Below, one piece after another: positions 28,169 through 36,424 of a stretch of DNA of 52,251 nt. The DNA comes from a virus (Duplodnaviria; Caudoviricetes): positions 1 to 52,251 of the IMG/VR virus record IMGVR_UViG_3300033148_006861; one strand, written 5' to 3'. The position numbers and the translations under genes are program-made. Below the pieces are notes generated by a model. It was not told where the DNA came from, did not search any database, and worked only from the letters and a program-made list of their open reading frames with translations. Positions within the stretch are counted from its first letter, which is position 1, and every line of letters starts with the position of its first letter.

Positions 28169-28477
28169 TTAGAACCACCACGGAACGCCATTGTGAAAAA
28201 CGAATGCTCTGAAAAGATTGTAAACGACTTGCCACAAAAATATCAAATAGGCCAAGAAAAATGCTTTATGGCGTTTTTTAAAAAACCATCCGAACCGTCC
28301 TAAAAAATAATTATAGCCGGCAATAAAAACAGATGGAATAAAAATAATCCATTTCAAAAAATGCCATGCAAATTTCAATTCTTGGCCACCTGCTGAAAAG
28401 TCAGCAGCGTCCATGACAGCATTTGCAATCATAGCAATTCCAAGAAACACAAATATTCTAATATCATAGGCTTTCAT
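28169..28477 (-). CDS. Small multi-pass membrane protein
   Basis: Three hydrophobic segments. Confidence 0.65.
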   Translation of the reverse strand: MKAYDIRIFVFLGIAMIANAVMDAADFSAGGQELKFAWHFLKWIIFIPSVFIAGYNYFLGRFGWFFKKRHKAFFLAYLIFLWQVVYNLFRAFVFHNGVPWWF

Positions 28478-29453
28478 ATCGAGATAATATTTTTTTTAAT
28501 TGATTTATCGGCCTCTGCCAAGTCCATCGTTTATGGACTGCTTTAGATGCCTGCCTTCCCATTTCCCGCACTTTTTCACGATTTTGATTTGCCCATTCCA
28601 TAATTGCGCAAATATGGTCAAGTTGTGGTGCGGCATCGAAACCAAAATCATTGCCGAGTGAATTGAAATAGCTTGGCTTCTTTTTCCATTTAATACCTAT
28701 CATATTGGGCTTTAGGTCATCAAGATATTCTTTGCATCCTGAAAAATCAGTCACTGCGACCCCAAGACCTGTGGCTGCTCCTTCAAGTGGAATATTGCCA
28801 AAGCCCTCCCCCGATGTCGGGTTAATACTAAAGTCGGCCTCTTTTAAAAGATTAAGCATCTGCTTTTGAGTATACCAATCCCAAATTTCTTTCATTCCTC
28901 CATATTCCAAATACAAACGCGGTGATTTGACCGGTGTGGCCTTGATAATCAACCGCGCGTGTTTCATGCGAAGTTTTTTAAAGGCCGTCCGTACAAGTTC
29001 ACAACCCTTGCGGTCTCTTGGATTAACTCCCTGCCAAATGAAAGTAAAATATTTACGGTCAACTGGACGCTCTAAAAATGGAAACTCTTTTGGGTCAACT
29101 CCATGATGTAAAATATCAATCGGAACTTTCACCCCACATTTTGTGAACCAATTAGCACACCACTTAGAGGGAGTCAAGAGTCCTTCGCGATTATTAATAA
29201 AGTCAACCCAGCCGTCTGGTAAAACCGTACTTTCAAACATGGTATAGGTTAAAAAAGTATTGCACCGTCTGCGATATGATTTTGCATGTTTTCTATCCCT
29301 AAACGGCTGGCCGTACCATATCTGAATATCTGATTTATGGGGCTTATCCGTTATCTCAATATCAGAGTCACTCAAAGCCTGGCGAAGTTTTGTTGCCACC
29401 CTGCCGTATCCAGTCGGGCTATCATTTGCGGGCGACGAAAAATAAACGGCCAT
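28464..29453 (-). CDS. Family 4 (GT-B) glycosyltransferase
   Basis: TGYGRV, MFEST, HHGVD, RKG, EGFGNIPLEGAATG. Confidence 0.9.
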   Translation of the reverse strand: MAVYFSSPANDSPTGYGRVATKLRQALSDSDIEITDKPHKSDIQIWYGQPFRDRKHAKSYRRRCNTFLTYTMFESTVLPDGWVDFINNREGLLTPSKWCANWFTKCGVKVPIDILHHGVDPKEFPFLERPVDRKYFTFIWQGVNPRDRKGCELVRTAFKKLRMKHARLIIKATPVKSPRLYLEYGGMKEIWDWYTQKQMLNLLKEADFSINPTSGEGFGNIPLEGAATGLGVAVTDFSGCKEYLDDLKPNMIGIKWKKKPSYFNSLGNDFGFDAAPQLDHICAIMEWANQNREKVREMGRQASKAVHKRWTWQRPINQLKKILSRYESL

Positions 29454-29455
29454 AA

Positions 29456-29944
29456 CTATGCAGCCGTATCTACAATTGTTCCGAGTGCTTCCTCAGTGTC
29501 ATCGTAATTACACTGAAATTCAACAGGGATAACGGTCTCGCCATCTTTAAGATAAGGGGTTGGCCCGGTCATGGCTATCACGGCTGCGAAAAATGTGGCG
29601 GTTCGAGTACAATCATTTGGCCCTTTGCCAGTAAATACAATTTCCACCTCTCCCTTTTCTGACAGATCAATTTCAAGAGAACTGGAAACAAGTGCGCTAT
29701 CAGCCAAATTGAAAGCGTCTCTTAAATTTTCGAGCGTTGATTCGCCTAAAGTTGTTCTAACAGTGACATCCCTGCCAATTAATTTCCGCTTTACTGATGT
29801 AAGAGATTGATCCATTTCAACCTCATAGTATTCGGTTGAAACTTCCATTTCCACACCGCCCTTTGTATAGCCTACATCCCTGCCACCAATTGATAAAGTC
29901 ATGGAAGTGCCACTTATAGAGATATTGTTTTTGTCCACAGACAT
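29456..29944 (-). CDS. Major tail (tube) protein
   Basis: DVGYTKGGV, VEMDQ, TLGESTLENL; strong AAGGAGG RBS. Confidence 0.8.
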   Translation of the reverse strand: MSVDKNNISISGTSMTLSIGGRDVGYTKGGVEMEVSTEYYEVEMDQSLTSVKRKLIGRDVTVRTTLGESTLENLRDAFNLADSALVSSSLEIDLSEKGEVEIVFTGKGPNDCTRTATFFAAVIAMTGPTPYLKDGETVIPVEFQCNYDDTEEALGTIVDTAA

Positions 29945-29951
29945 TGGAATC

Positions 29952-30013
29952 CTCCTTGCTTTGATTTGGTATTAAATCTTAATTTGCGAGCCGCCAACTA
30001 TGGCAAATTAAGA
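29952..30013 (-). promoter_or_regulatory. Structured leader motif upstream of the tail-tube gene
   Basis: 11-bp stem TCTTAATTTGC/GCAAATTAAGA, loop CATAGTTGGCGGCTC, then ACCAAATCAAAGCAAGGAG. Confidence 0.7.
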
Positions 30014-30448
30014 CAGATCAATATATTGCAAACGAAATGCACTTGTAACAAAATGTTCATCTGGAATTTTGGAATCCCAATATACACCGCTATGCGGGTT
30101 TATTAAATAGCAATTAAATACTCGTCCTCCAGTAATAGTGATACTTATGTCATCTAAAAGACTTTCTATTCGTTTTTGAATCTTTGACAGCTTTTGTGTA
30201 TTGCTAACTCCATTATTAAGGTCATCAACAAACGTGGTAATGTAGATTAGAGCAGTTTGTAATTTGTTTTCTGTATCTATCCCTGCTCCACCCATTTTCA
30301 TTATTACTGACGGATTAGATATCCCTTTCCGTCTTTGAGGACTTTTTTCGATTTTATCATTTCCGTTCAGATAAGCAGAACCTTGCAGTGTCGAATCTGC
30401 ATCGAGGATTTTAAAAACTGCTGTTAAAATTTCGTCACTTGAAATCAT
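30008..30448 (-). CDS. Tail terminator-like protein
   Basis: Size and position upstream of the tail tube gene. Confidence 0.6.
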   Translation of the reverse strand: MISSDEILTAVFKILDADSTLQGSAYLNGNDKIEKSPQRRKGISNPSVIMKMGGAGIDTENKLQTALIYITTFVDDLNNGVSNTQKLSKIQKRIESLLDDISITITGGRVFNCYLINPHSGVYWDSKIPDEHFVTSAFRLQYIDLS

Positions 30449-30753
30449 AATTTTTTAAGACTATATTCATCGCCATAGGCTATAAAAGTTATTTCATATT
30501 CATCGCTGCCGTCTATTACAACATCATGCAGTTGTATATCTGTAAAGGTTTCCTCTGTATATAACTTATGAGTAGAAATAAAATTAATTCCTGAATCGCT
30601 GATTTTCAAACCACCAATATCGGGTTGAATATCAGCGATTATATCATAATGAATTATGGTTTCATTTACGCTACCATAATTACCGCTTTCATCTTGCGTT
30701 TGCGACCTGCGGACAATATTCACTCTTTTTAAATACTCTTTATCAATTAGCAT
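30445..30753 (-). CDS. Head-closure (stopper) protein
   Basis: V.I.R...DESG...ADIQP...THKLY...DIQLHDVV pattern. Confidence 0.65.
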   Translation of the reverse strand: MLIDKEYLKRVNIVRRSQTQDESGNYGSVNETIIHYDIIADIQPDIGGLKISDSGINFISTHKLYTEETFTDIQLHDVVIDGSDEYEITFIAYGDEYSLKKL

Positions 30754-31304
30754 GTCTGACTCTGAAAATCAATTGGCGGAATCCATTCATTTATATTGTG
30801 CAGAATATCATTATCCCTTCTGGAAAATAAGAAACCGTGCTGAGCAATATCCTTTCGCCAACTTTCCATTTCCTTTTGATAAAGTTCAAACATATTTTTT
30901 CTGCTTGAAGAAAAATCTTTTGATATTTTCCCCCGCGTCCATTTCGATGGAATTAAATCACCGAAATTATCAAAGTCCTCTTTAGACATCAAAAGGAAAA
31001 ACTGGGCACGGACAAAACGGATTAACAACTCCTCATCCTTTTCAGGGACAGTAATTGTATCGCTATCATTTGAATAATCTTCATGTGGTTTTGTGAAAAA
31101 AACTGTGAGACTCTTAGACTCTGAATACCAAGAGCCCATATCAATTTTATTCTGATAAATATCAACTGTCCAGCCTGTAATCTGATAATCTTCTCTTGTT
31201 GCATTATTTATGTATCGTATTTCATCAATTCTATGGCCAGCCTGCAAATCTAAGCCGTCTGGACAATCATAATATCTTACATTTTCTGACGTTGTTAAGG
31301 TCAC
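30747..31304 (-). CDS. Head-tail adaptor-like protein
   Basis: Position; overlaps both neighbours. Confidence 0.5.
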   Translation of the reverse strand: MTLTTSENVRYYDCPDGLDLQAGHRIDEIRYINNATREDYQITGWTVDIYQNKIDMGSWYSESKSLTVFFTKPHEDYSNDSDTITVPEKDEELLIRFVRAQFFLLMSKEDFDNFGDLIPSKWTRGKISKDFSSSRKNMFELYQKEMESWRKDIAQHGFLFSRRDNDILHNINEWIPPIDFQSQTC

Positions 31305-31630
31305 AGTCGTTCTGTATGGTCGAAATCGGGAATAATGTACAAGTCAAATTCATCAATTGCTGCAGAAAAAGCTTTTTCAACTGTCAAGGTTGCTGTTACA
31401 TTATCAAAGTCTGCAATTTTGCGACTTTCACCTTGCGGCGCTGGATTTATCGCATCATAAGTATTAATAATATGCAACCATTGACCATTCCAATAATCAT
31501 CTGCCTGAGTTAGATTCACCGTATCAGTCAATGTGATTATACTGCCACCTGTGGCATTGCCACCAATTCGTATAATGTCATGGATTTCCTCGCGGATTAA
31601 ATCCCTCAATTGTTTACGTGTTTTTGTCAT
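31301..31630 (-). CDS. Virion structural protein (adaptor N-terminal-like)
   Basis: TRKQLRDLIR, DDYWNG, QGESRKI.DF...LTV motif. Confidence 0.5.
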   Translation of the reverse strand: MTKTRKQLRDLIREEIHDIIRIGGNATGGSIITLTDTVNLTQADDYWNGQWLHIINTYDAINPAPQGESRKIADFDNVTATLTVEKAFSAAIDEFDLYIIPDFDHTERL

Positions 31631-32289
31631 TTGCCTCTAAAAATTTGAAAATCTGGAAATGTTGAAGCGCTTTTTACGAACATAGTATCTTTTGCACCGA
31701 TCAATATAGGCACAAACATATAGGCATTTTTTCTCACATAAATCCAATTTGTTATTTTATTTGTACGAAACATAATATTCTCATCAGCATAAATTGTTAA
31801 ACCAAATTTATAACCACCAGTCAATAAAATGGTATCAGGTGTCGCAGAGACCATTAAAATTGAATCCATCTTCATATAGGTATAAAAAGCGTTATAGACA
31901 CCACCAAGACTATCTATTTTAATTGGTATTTCGGTATCATATCGAAATGTAAACCGATCACCAACACTTAAAGAATTTGAATAATAAATTTTAAATCCCG
32001 GCACATTTATAGAATCAACTTTTAGGGGCGTGATTGTATAACTCGAATAAACTTTTGTGATTTGATTTCGGTATTGACAGCGATAATCAGAACCGCTAAC
32101 ACTTAAAATTCTAATCTCATAATCATAGTCAACAGAAGCACTGCCAGTAACCGAATCACAAGAAGTACCAACTATGTTTTCATATTCAAGTGTTCGGTAA
32201 TCACCGCGACCATAAATTGTTGTATTGTCAATAGCAAAATTATATTCTGCCATAAAAAATATAATTAATAATAAAATGTGTCTTTTCAT
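31627..32289 (-). CDS. Signal-peptide protein, paralogue of 34633..35307
   Basis: Shared KIDSLGG/KVDSVGG, SATPDTI, VKSAS..D..I.RGK. Confidence 0.7.
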   Translation of the reverse strand: MKRHILLLIIFFMAEYNFAIDNTTIYGRGDYRTLEYENIVGTSCDSVTGSASVDYDYEIRILSVSGSDYRCQYRNQITKVYSSYTITPLKVDSINVPGFKIYYSNSLSVGDRFTFRYDTEIPIKIDSLGGVYNAFYTYMKMDSILMVSATPDTILLTGGYKFGLTIYADENIMFRTNKITNWIYVRKNAYMFVPILIGAKDTMFVKSASTFPDFQIFRGK

Positions 32290-34631
32290 TTTCCCACCCA
32301 TACTAAAACTCTTTGTGTCAATCCAGCAGGAACAGCTTGCATAGCAATGACGTTCGTCTCAGATAGCGACTTTTCCAAACTACCATAAGCAGATGTTTGT
32401 AGATAATCACCAGCATCAACTTCCCCTTTTACAAATGCCCGAATACGCCCCACCGCCGTAACAGGCACACCGTTTTTAATTCCACCTCCACCAAGAATCC
32501 CAGCATTATCTGAAACAATTCCCCACCATCCGGCGAAGCCTTGTTTTGTACAACGAATAACATCAAGCGGGTCAACGGTACTTAAATCCCACATAACAAC
32601 TGTACCCTGCTTGATATTCGCTTGTTGTCGAACAAAAACTACTGTATCGCCAACAAACTTTTTAAATTTATCCTTTATCCGAAATTCCAACTTGGAGTGT
32701 CCTTCACTCCATTTCAAATTATACAAATCAGTTAATCGTTTTTCAACTTCACCTTTTTGGATAACTGTGTTAGTATCCAAAATGAAAAAATTTCTATTAT
32801 TAAAATTCCACACTGCCGATTTTGGTAGTACAATTTCTTTCTTTATTTCTGTCAACGCATTAGGACTAATTCGCCACATCTCTGCATAATCCTCACCAGT
32901 GGTATTGTACGCATCTGCGTACATGTCCTTCCACGGTAAGGATGTAGAACCAACGTTGTAAAAAGAATCTGCTGGCATAAGATTGCACCAAAATCGTGTA
33001 CTATCTGCACTTAGCTCAACATCAGCAAAAAGACGATTTACTTCCAAGTAATCGTAGTCGTTCTGTACCATGCTTGGAGACCCACTTGTCGTCAAGTCGA
33101 GCGAGTTGCTCGTCTCGTCAGTCAATGTTGCAGGCGTACCTGACTCATTCATCTTCCAGTAGGCTACTTCGCCAATTCTTTTCAGCGTCACGTCGTCTAT
33201 GGTAAAATCACCCTGCGTAGCCGTTGTTTCTGTTGCGTCTATTACGAAATCTGCTGTAGATACCCCGCTCGCAGATTTGAATACTACCGTATGTGTTCCT
33301 GCTGTAAAATCTAATGTAACGGCTGATTCAGCAAACGTATTCGTTATCGTTAACGCAAAATCTCCGTCTGGCACTGTTGTGACTACTACGGTATATGTAA
33401 AAGCGTACCAAGACGAGTTATCCCCAACATTTGCCCTGTTTGCCGCCGTCTGAGTCAGAGTTCCATTTAGACTACCCCCAGCGAATACAAATGCAGCATT
33501 TCCACCAGTGTCGTCGACTTCACCAGTCACATCCCACTTGGCGTGAGAAGCAAAATCTGTCTCATTTAGACATTCCGTCCTATCTGCATCCTCAAGACTT
33601 CCATACCCCAAATCGCTCAAACTCGCATACGGAGACTTATATATCAGTGGAATTAAACTAATACCGTTCGCCTGATCCCAAATTGTATCACCGTTGCTAT
33701 CTCCTACTTTAATTATAGTAGAACCCCCACCTCCTCCATTCGTAACATAAAGGCCATCTTTACCAAAACGTAAAATATGTCCGTCATCTATATCACCATT
33801 AAAAAGTAACGAACCATTTTGCATAGCGCCTACATACAATTTATGTGTGTTTGTTATGCTCCCTGTTTTCGAACTTATATCAGCAGCAGCGATAAAAATC
33901 CCATCCACAAAAACATAACCATAATCGCTTCTGTCAATAATTACGCAAGCATTATGCCATTTACCATCTAACAAAGAAGTATTATACGAAGACACAATTG
34001 TAATTCCCCCGGTTCCATCGTTAAACAAGAACTGGATATATGGATTACTGCTTCTTACATAAAAATCAAAATATGAAGTCGAACTGCTTTCCCGCTTAAT
34101 AATCAAGCCTTGATTCGTTGTTCCGTCTGATTTAAACCATATAGTCTCCATAAAATCATCATACTCAAAATTTACTTCATCAGAATTATTACTATAAGCA
34201 TACTGACTCGTCCCGTTCAGAGACAAACAGTTTCCAAGTGGAAAACTCTGCACCTCTGAACGTACTTCAAGCGTATCTGTCACTACTATATTATCAGTAG
34301 TCGTGGCAGGAGAAACTTCACCACCAGAACGAGTCCAGTTAGCTTGTATATCTCCCCATCCTCCGCCACTATTCTTAACTTGTATCGTCCCATTATTATC
34401 CCGCAACCCATACCCACTACTCCCCCAAGTACTACCAAAATTCCAATATGAATTTGTTTGAGGAACACGTACGTTACCATGAATTATCAAATCACCAGAT
34501 ATAGGCAAACCGAGATAAAGACTATCACCATCGCTGGTAATTCCGCTGAGATTTGTTGAAATAGAAACATGTTGTCCAAAAGAAAGAGATGCTGTTAAAA
34601 ACAAACACAAAATCAATATTTTTATTCTCAT
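32286..34631 (-). CDS. Large signal-peptide LamG-domain protein with autoproteolytic-chaperone-like C-terminus
   Basis: MRIKILILCLFL signal; DGKWHN, LYVG, FNGDIDD; DYAEMW...GIVS...GDYL.TS. Confidence 0.7.
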   Translation of the reverse strand: MRIKILILCLFLTASLSFGQHVSISTNLSGITSDGDSLYLGLPISGDLIIHGNVRVPQTNSYWNFGSTWGSSGYGLRDNNGTIQVKNSGGGWGDIQANWTRSGGEVSPATTTDNIVVTDTLEVRSEVQSFPLGNCLSLNGTSQYAYSNNSDEVNFEYDDFMETIWFKSDGTTNQGLIIKRESSSTSYFDFYVRSSNPYIQFLFNDGTGGITIVSSYNTSLLDGKWHNACVIIDRSDYGYVFVDGIFIAAADISSKTGSITNTHKLYVGAMQNGSLLFNGDIDDGHILRFGKDGLYVTNGGGGGSTIIKVGDSNGDTIWDQANGISLIPLIYKSPYASLSDLGYGSLEDADRTECLNETDFASHAKWDVTGEVDDTGGNAAFVFAGGSLNGTLTQTAANRANVGDNSSWYAFTYTVVVTTVPDGDFALTITNTFAESAVTLDFTAGTHTVVFKSASGVSTADFVIDATETTATQGDFTIDDVTLKRIGEVAYWKMNESGTPATLTDETSNSLDLTTSGSPSMVQNDYDYLEVNRLFADVELSADSTRFWCNLMPADSFYNVGSTSLPWKDMYADAYNTTGEDYAEMWRISPNALTEIKKEIVLPKSAVWNFNNRNFFILDTNTVIQKGEVEKRLTDLYNLKWSEGHSKLEFRIKDKFKKFVGDTVVFVRQQANIKQGTVVMWDLSTVDPLDVIRCTKQGFAGWWGIVSDNAGILGGGGIKNGVPVTAVGRIRAFVKGEVDAGDYLQTSAYGSLEKSLSETNVIAMQAVPAGLTQRVLVWVGK

Positions 34632-34632
34632 T

Positions 34633-35307
34633 TTATTTTCCTCGTATTATCATTACATCTGGGATAGATGCAGATTTTATAAATACCGTATCATTGGAAG
34701 TATGCCTAACTGGAATAAATATATTATTTCCAGCAGCAAGAAAAATCCATCCATTAATTCTGTTTGATCTAAATTGAAGATTTGCACTTGTGATTATTGT
34801 TAGACCATCAGTAAAATCCCGTTGCAAAATGATAGTATCAGGTGTTGCAGAGATCACAGTCACCGTATCAACATAACATGAATCCCAGCGAGCCTCAAAA
34901 GCCCCACCAACGCTATCAACCTTGACTGATATTTTATCTGTATATCGAATGCGGAGTTTATCATTGACGCTTAACGTATCGTTAAAAAATATCTTAAAGT
35001 TCGCAATCGAAACAGAATCAACCGTTCCCGCTTTCATATACTTATCGAAGCCTCTATGCTTATCTAAATTCCGAAAATTTATTTTAACCACTCCGCCAGT
35101 AGCGGTTGATGTGGATCGTACAACTATCTCATAGTTGATATTGCCAGATGTTCCTACTCTTTTAACAGAATCCGCAGGACTGCCATTGATATTTGACCAA
35201 GTCAATATTTGTATATCGCTTTTGCCAAACATTAGAGATGTCTTTTCCTGTCCATAGCAAAAGCAAGCCAAGACCATCAGGACTAAAAAGAAAATTAATC
35301 GTTTCAT
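34633..35307 (-). CDS. Signal-peptide protein, paralogue of 31627..32289
   Basis: MKRLIFFLVLMVLACFCYG signal; shared motifs. Confidence 0.7.
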   Translation of the reverse strand: MKRLIFFLVLMVLACFCYGQEKTSLMFGKSDIQILTWSNINGSPADSVKRVGTSGNINYEIVVRSTSTATGGVVKINFRNLDKHRGFDKYMKAGTVDSVSIANFKIFFNDTLSVNDKLRIRYTDKISVKVDSVGGAFEARWDSCYVDTVTVISATPDTIILQRDFTDGLTIITSANLQFRSNRINGWIFLAAGNNIFIPVRHTSNDTVFIKSASIPDVMIIRGK

Positions 35308-35317
35308 TTTTTCCTCT

Positions 35318-36088
35318 TTATAAATTTGTGACATTGCCAGTTATATCAATTGCAACTGTTGCATTCCCAGAGCCACCCGTAGTTTTCTTAACTTGTACCA
35401 TAAGATACTTACCTGTCAATCCGGTTAATGGGAAACTGGCTTTTTCGCCTTTAAGAACTGTAAATTCAAGTTCTGCCCCGTTATCTCCTACAAATTGCTG
35501 TAAATTAGTTGTCGCTGTTGGAGCATTTCCTGTATGGCTCACAAAGACTTTAATTTTTGCCCCTTCGCTTGTTCCGCTTTCAGCAACATGCAGACACAAA
35601 TCAGAATAGCCATGTATATTTATCGCATTTCCTTTATCAGCGTAGCTTGTGGAACTAATCTCAGTGGCCGCAAGAATTTGTGAATTTAAAGGTTCAGGAA
35701 CTTGGCCATCAATGCGCGGCTTATTCCCTGTCAAGAAAGCTGTTATATCTGCATTCGTTCCAGTTGCTCCTTTCCCATAAAAAAGGATGTATCTGCCGCT
35801 TAATCCTTTCAGGTCAAAAGAAGCCCTTTCATTTTGCAATACAGTAAATTCTATTTCCGCGCCTGTACTGTCAACCAATTGATATAGCCCACTATTTGAA
35901 GTTGGTGCATTGCCAGAAATGGCAATATAGGGTTTTACCACAGCATTTTCTTGATTCGCTGATTCATGTAAATGCAATGTCAATCCAGTCATTCCCTGAA
36001 TATTAATTGCATTTCCAATTTTACCATAACTTGAACCAAGAGATGTCGCAGTGGCAAGTATAGATTTGCGCTCAGGCTTTCTAAGCAT
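35318..36088 (-). CDS. Internally duplicated beta-rich virion (decoration-like) protein
   Basis: Two ~125-aa repeats (GNAINI.G...L.LH..ES...GNAPT...GAE.EFTVL...ASF.L.GL.G.Y). Confidence 0.65.
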   Translation of the reverse strand: MLRKPERKSILATATSLGSSYGKIGNAINIQGMTGLTLHLHESANQENAVVKPYIAISGNAPTSNSGLYQLVDSTGAEIEFTVLQNERASFDLKGLSGRYILFYGKGATGTNADITAFLTGNKPRIDGQVPEPLNSQILAATEISSTSYADKGNAINIHGYSDLCLHVAESGTSEGAKIKVFVSHTGNAPTATTNLQQFVGDNGAELEFTVLKGEKASFPLTGLTGKYLMVQVKKTTGGSGNATVAIDITGNVTNL

Positions 36089-36110
36089 TTTTTACCTCCA
36101 ATTATTTTAT

Positions 36111-36359
36111 TTAAGTTTTAGGTTTAGCTTTTCTGCCTCGTTTTTTAATCGGTTTTTCTATTTTAATCGGGCCTATTGACTCAAGTTTAATTTCCTTTTC
36201 TGGTTCAATTACAGCCCACGGATATTCATTTAGCTCAAATTCACTTCTGAATCTATCAGCAAGAACTTCGCTTAATTTGTCCGGTTCGATTTCAATTTTT
36301 TCACCTTGCAGAAAAATGACCTGAATTTCACTGCTTCTGTTTCTAATCCGAAAAGCCAT
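36111..36359 (-). CDS. Small protein after capsid gene, basic C-terminus
   Basis: AAGGAGGAG RBS; KKRGRK tail. Confidence 0.65.
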   Translation of the reverse strand: MAFRIRNRSSEIQVIFLQGEKIEIEPDKLSEVLADRFRSEFELNEYPWAVIEPEKEIKLESIGPIKIEKPIKKRGRKAKPKT

Positions 36360-36379
36360 AAGCTCCTCCTTAAATAGTT

Positions 36380-36410
36380 ATGCGAGGCTAAAAACCGCAT
36401 AGCCTCGCAT
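36380..36410 (-). terminator. Hairpin after the capsid gene
   Basis: ATGCGAGGCTA/TAGCCTCGCAT. Confidence 0.55.
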
Positions 36411-36424
36411 TTTATTTCGGTAGT

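Noticed and set aside
31627-35307. Diversity-generating retroelement template/variable repeat pair
   Set aside because: No reverse transcriptase in the genome; the similarity is diverged protein paralogy, not adenine-specific mismatch
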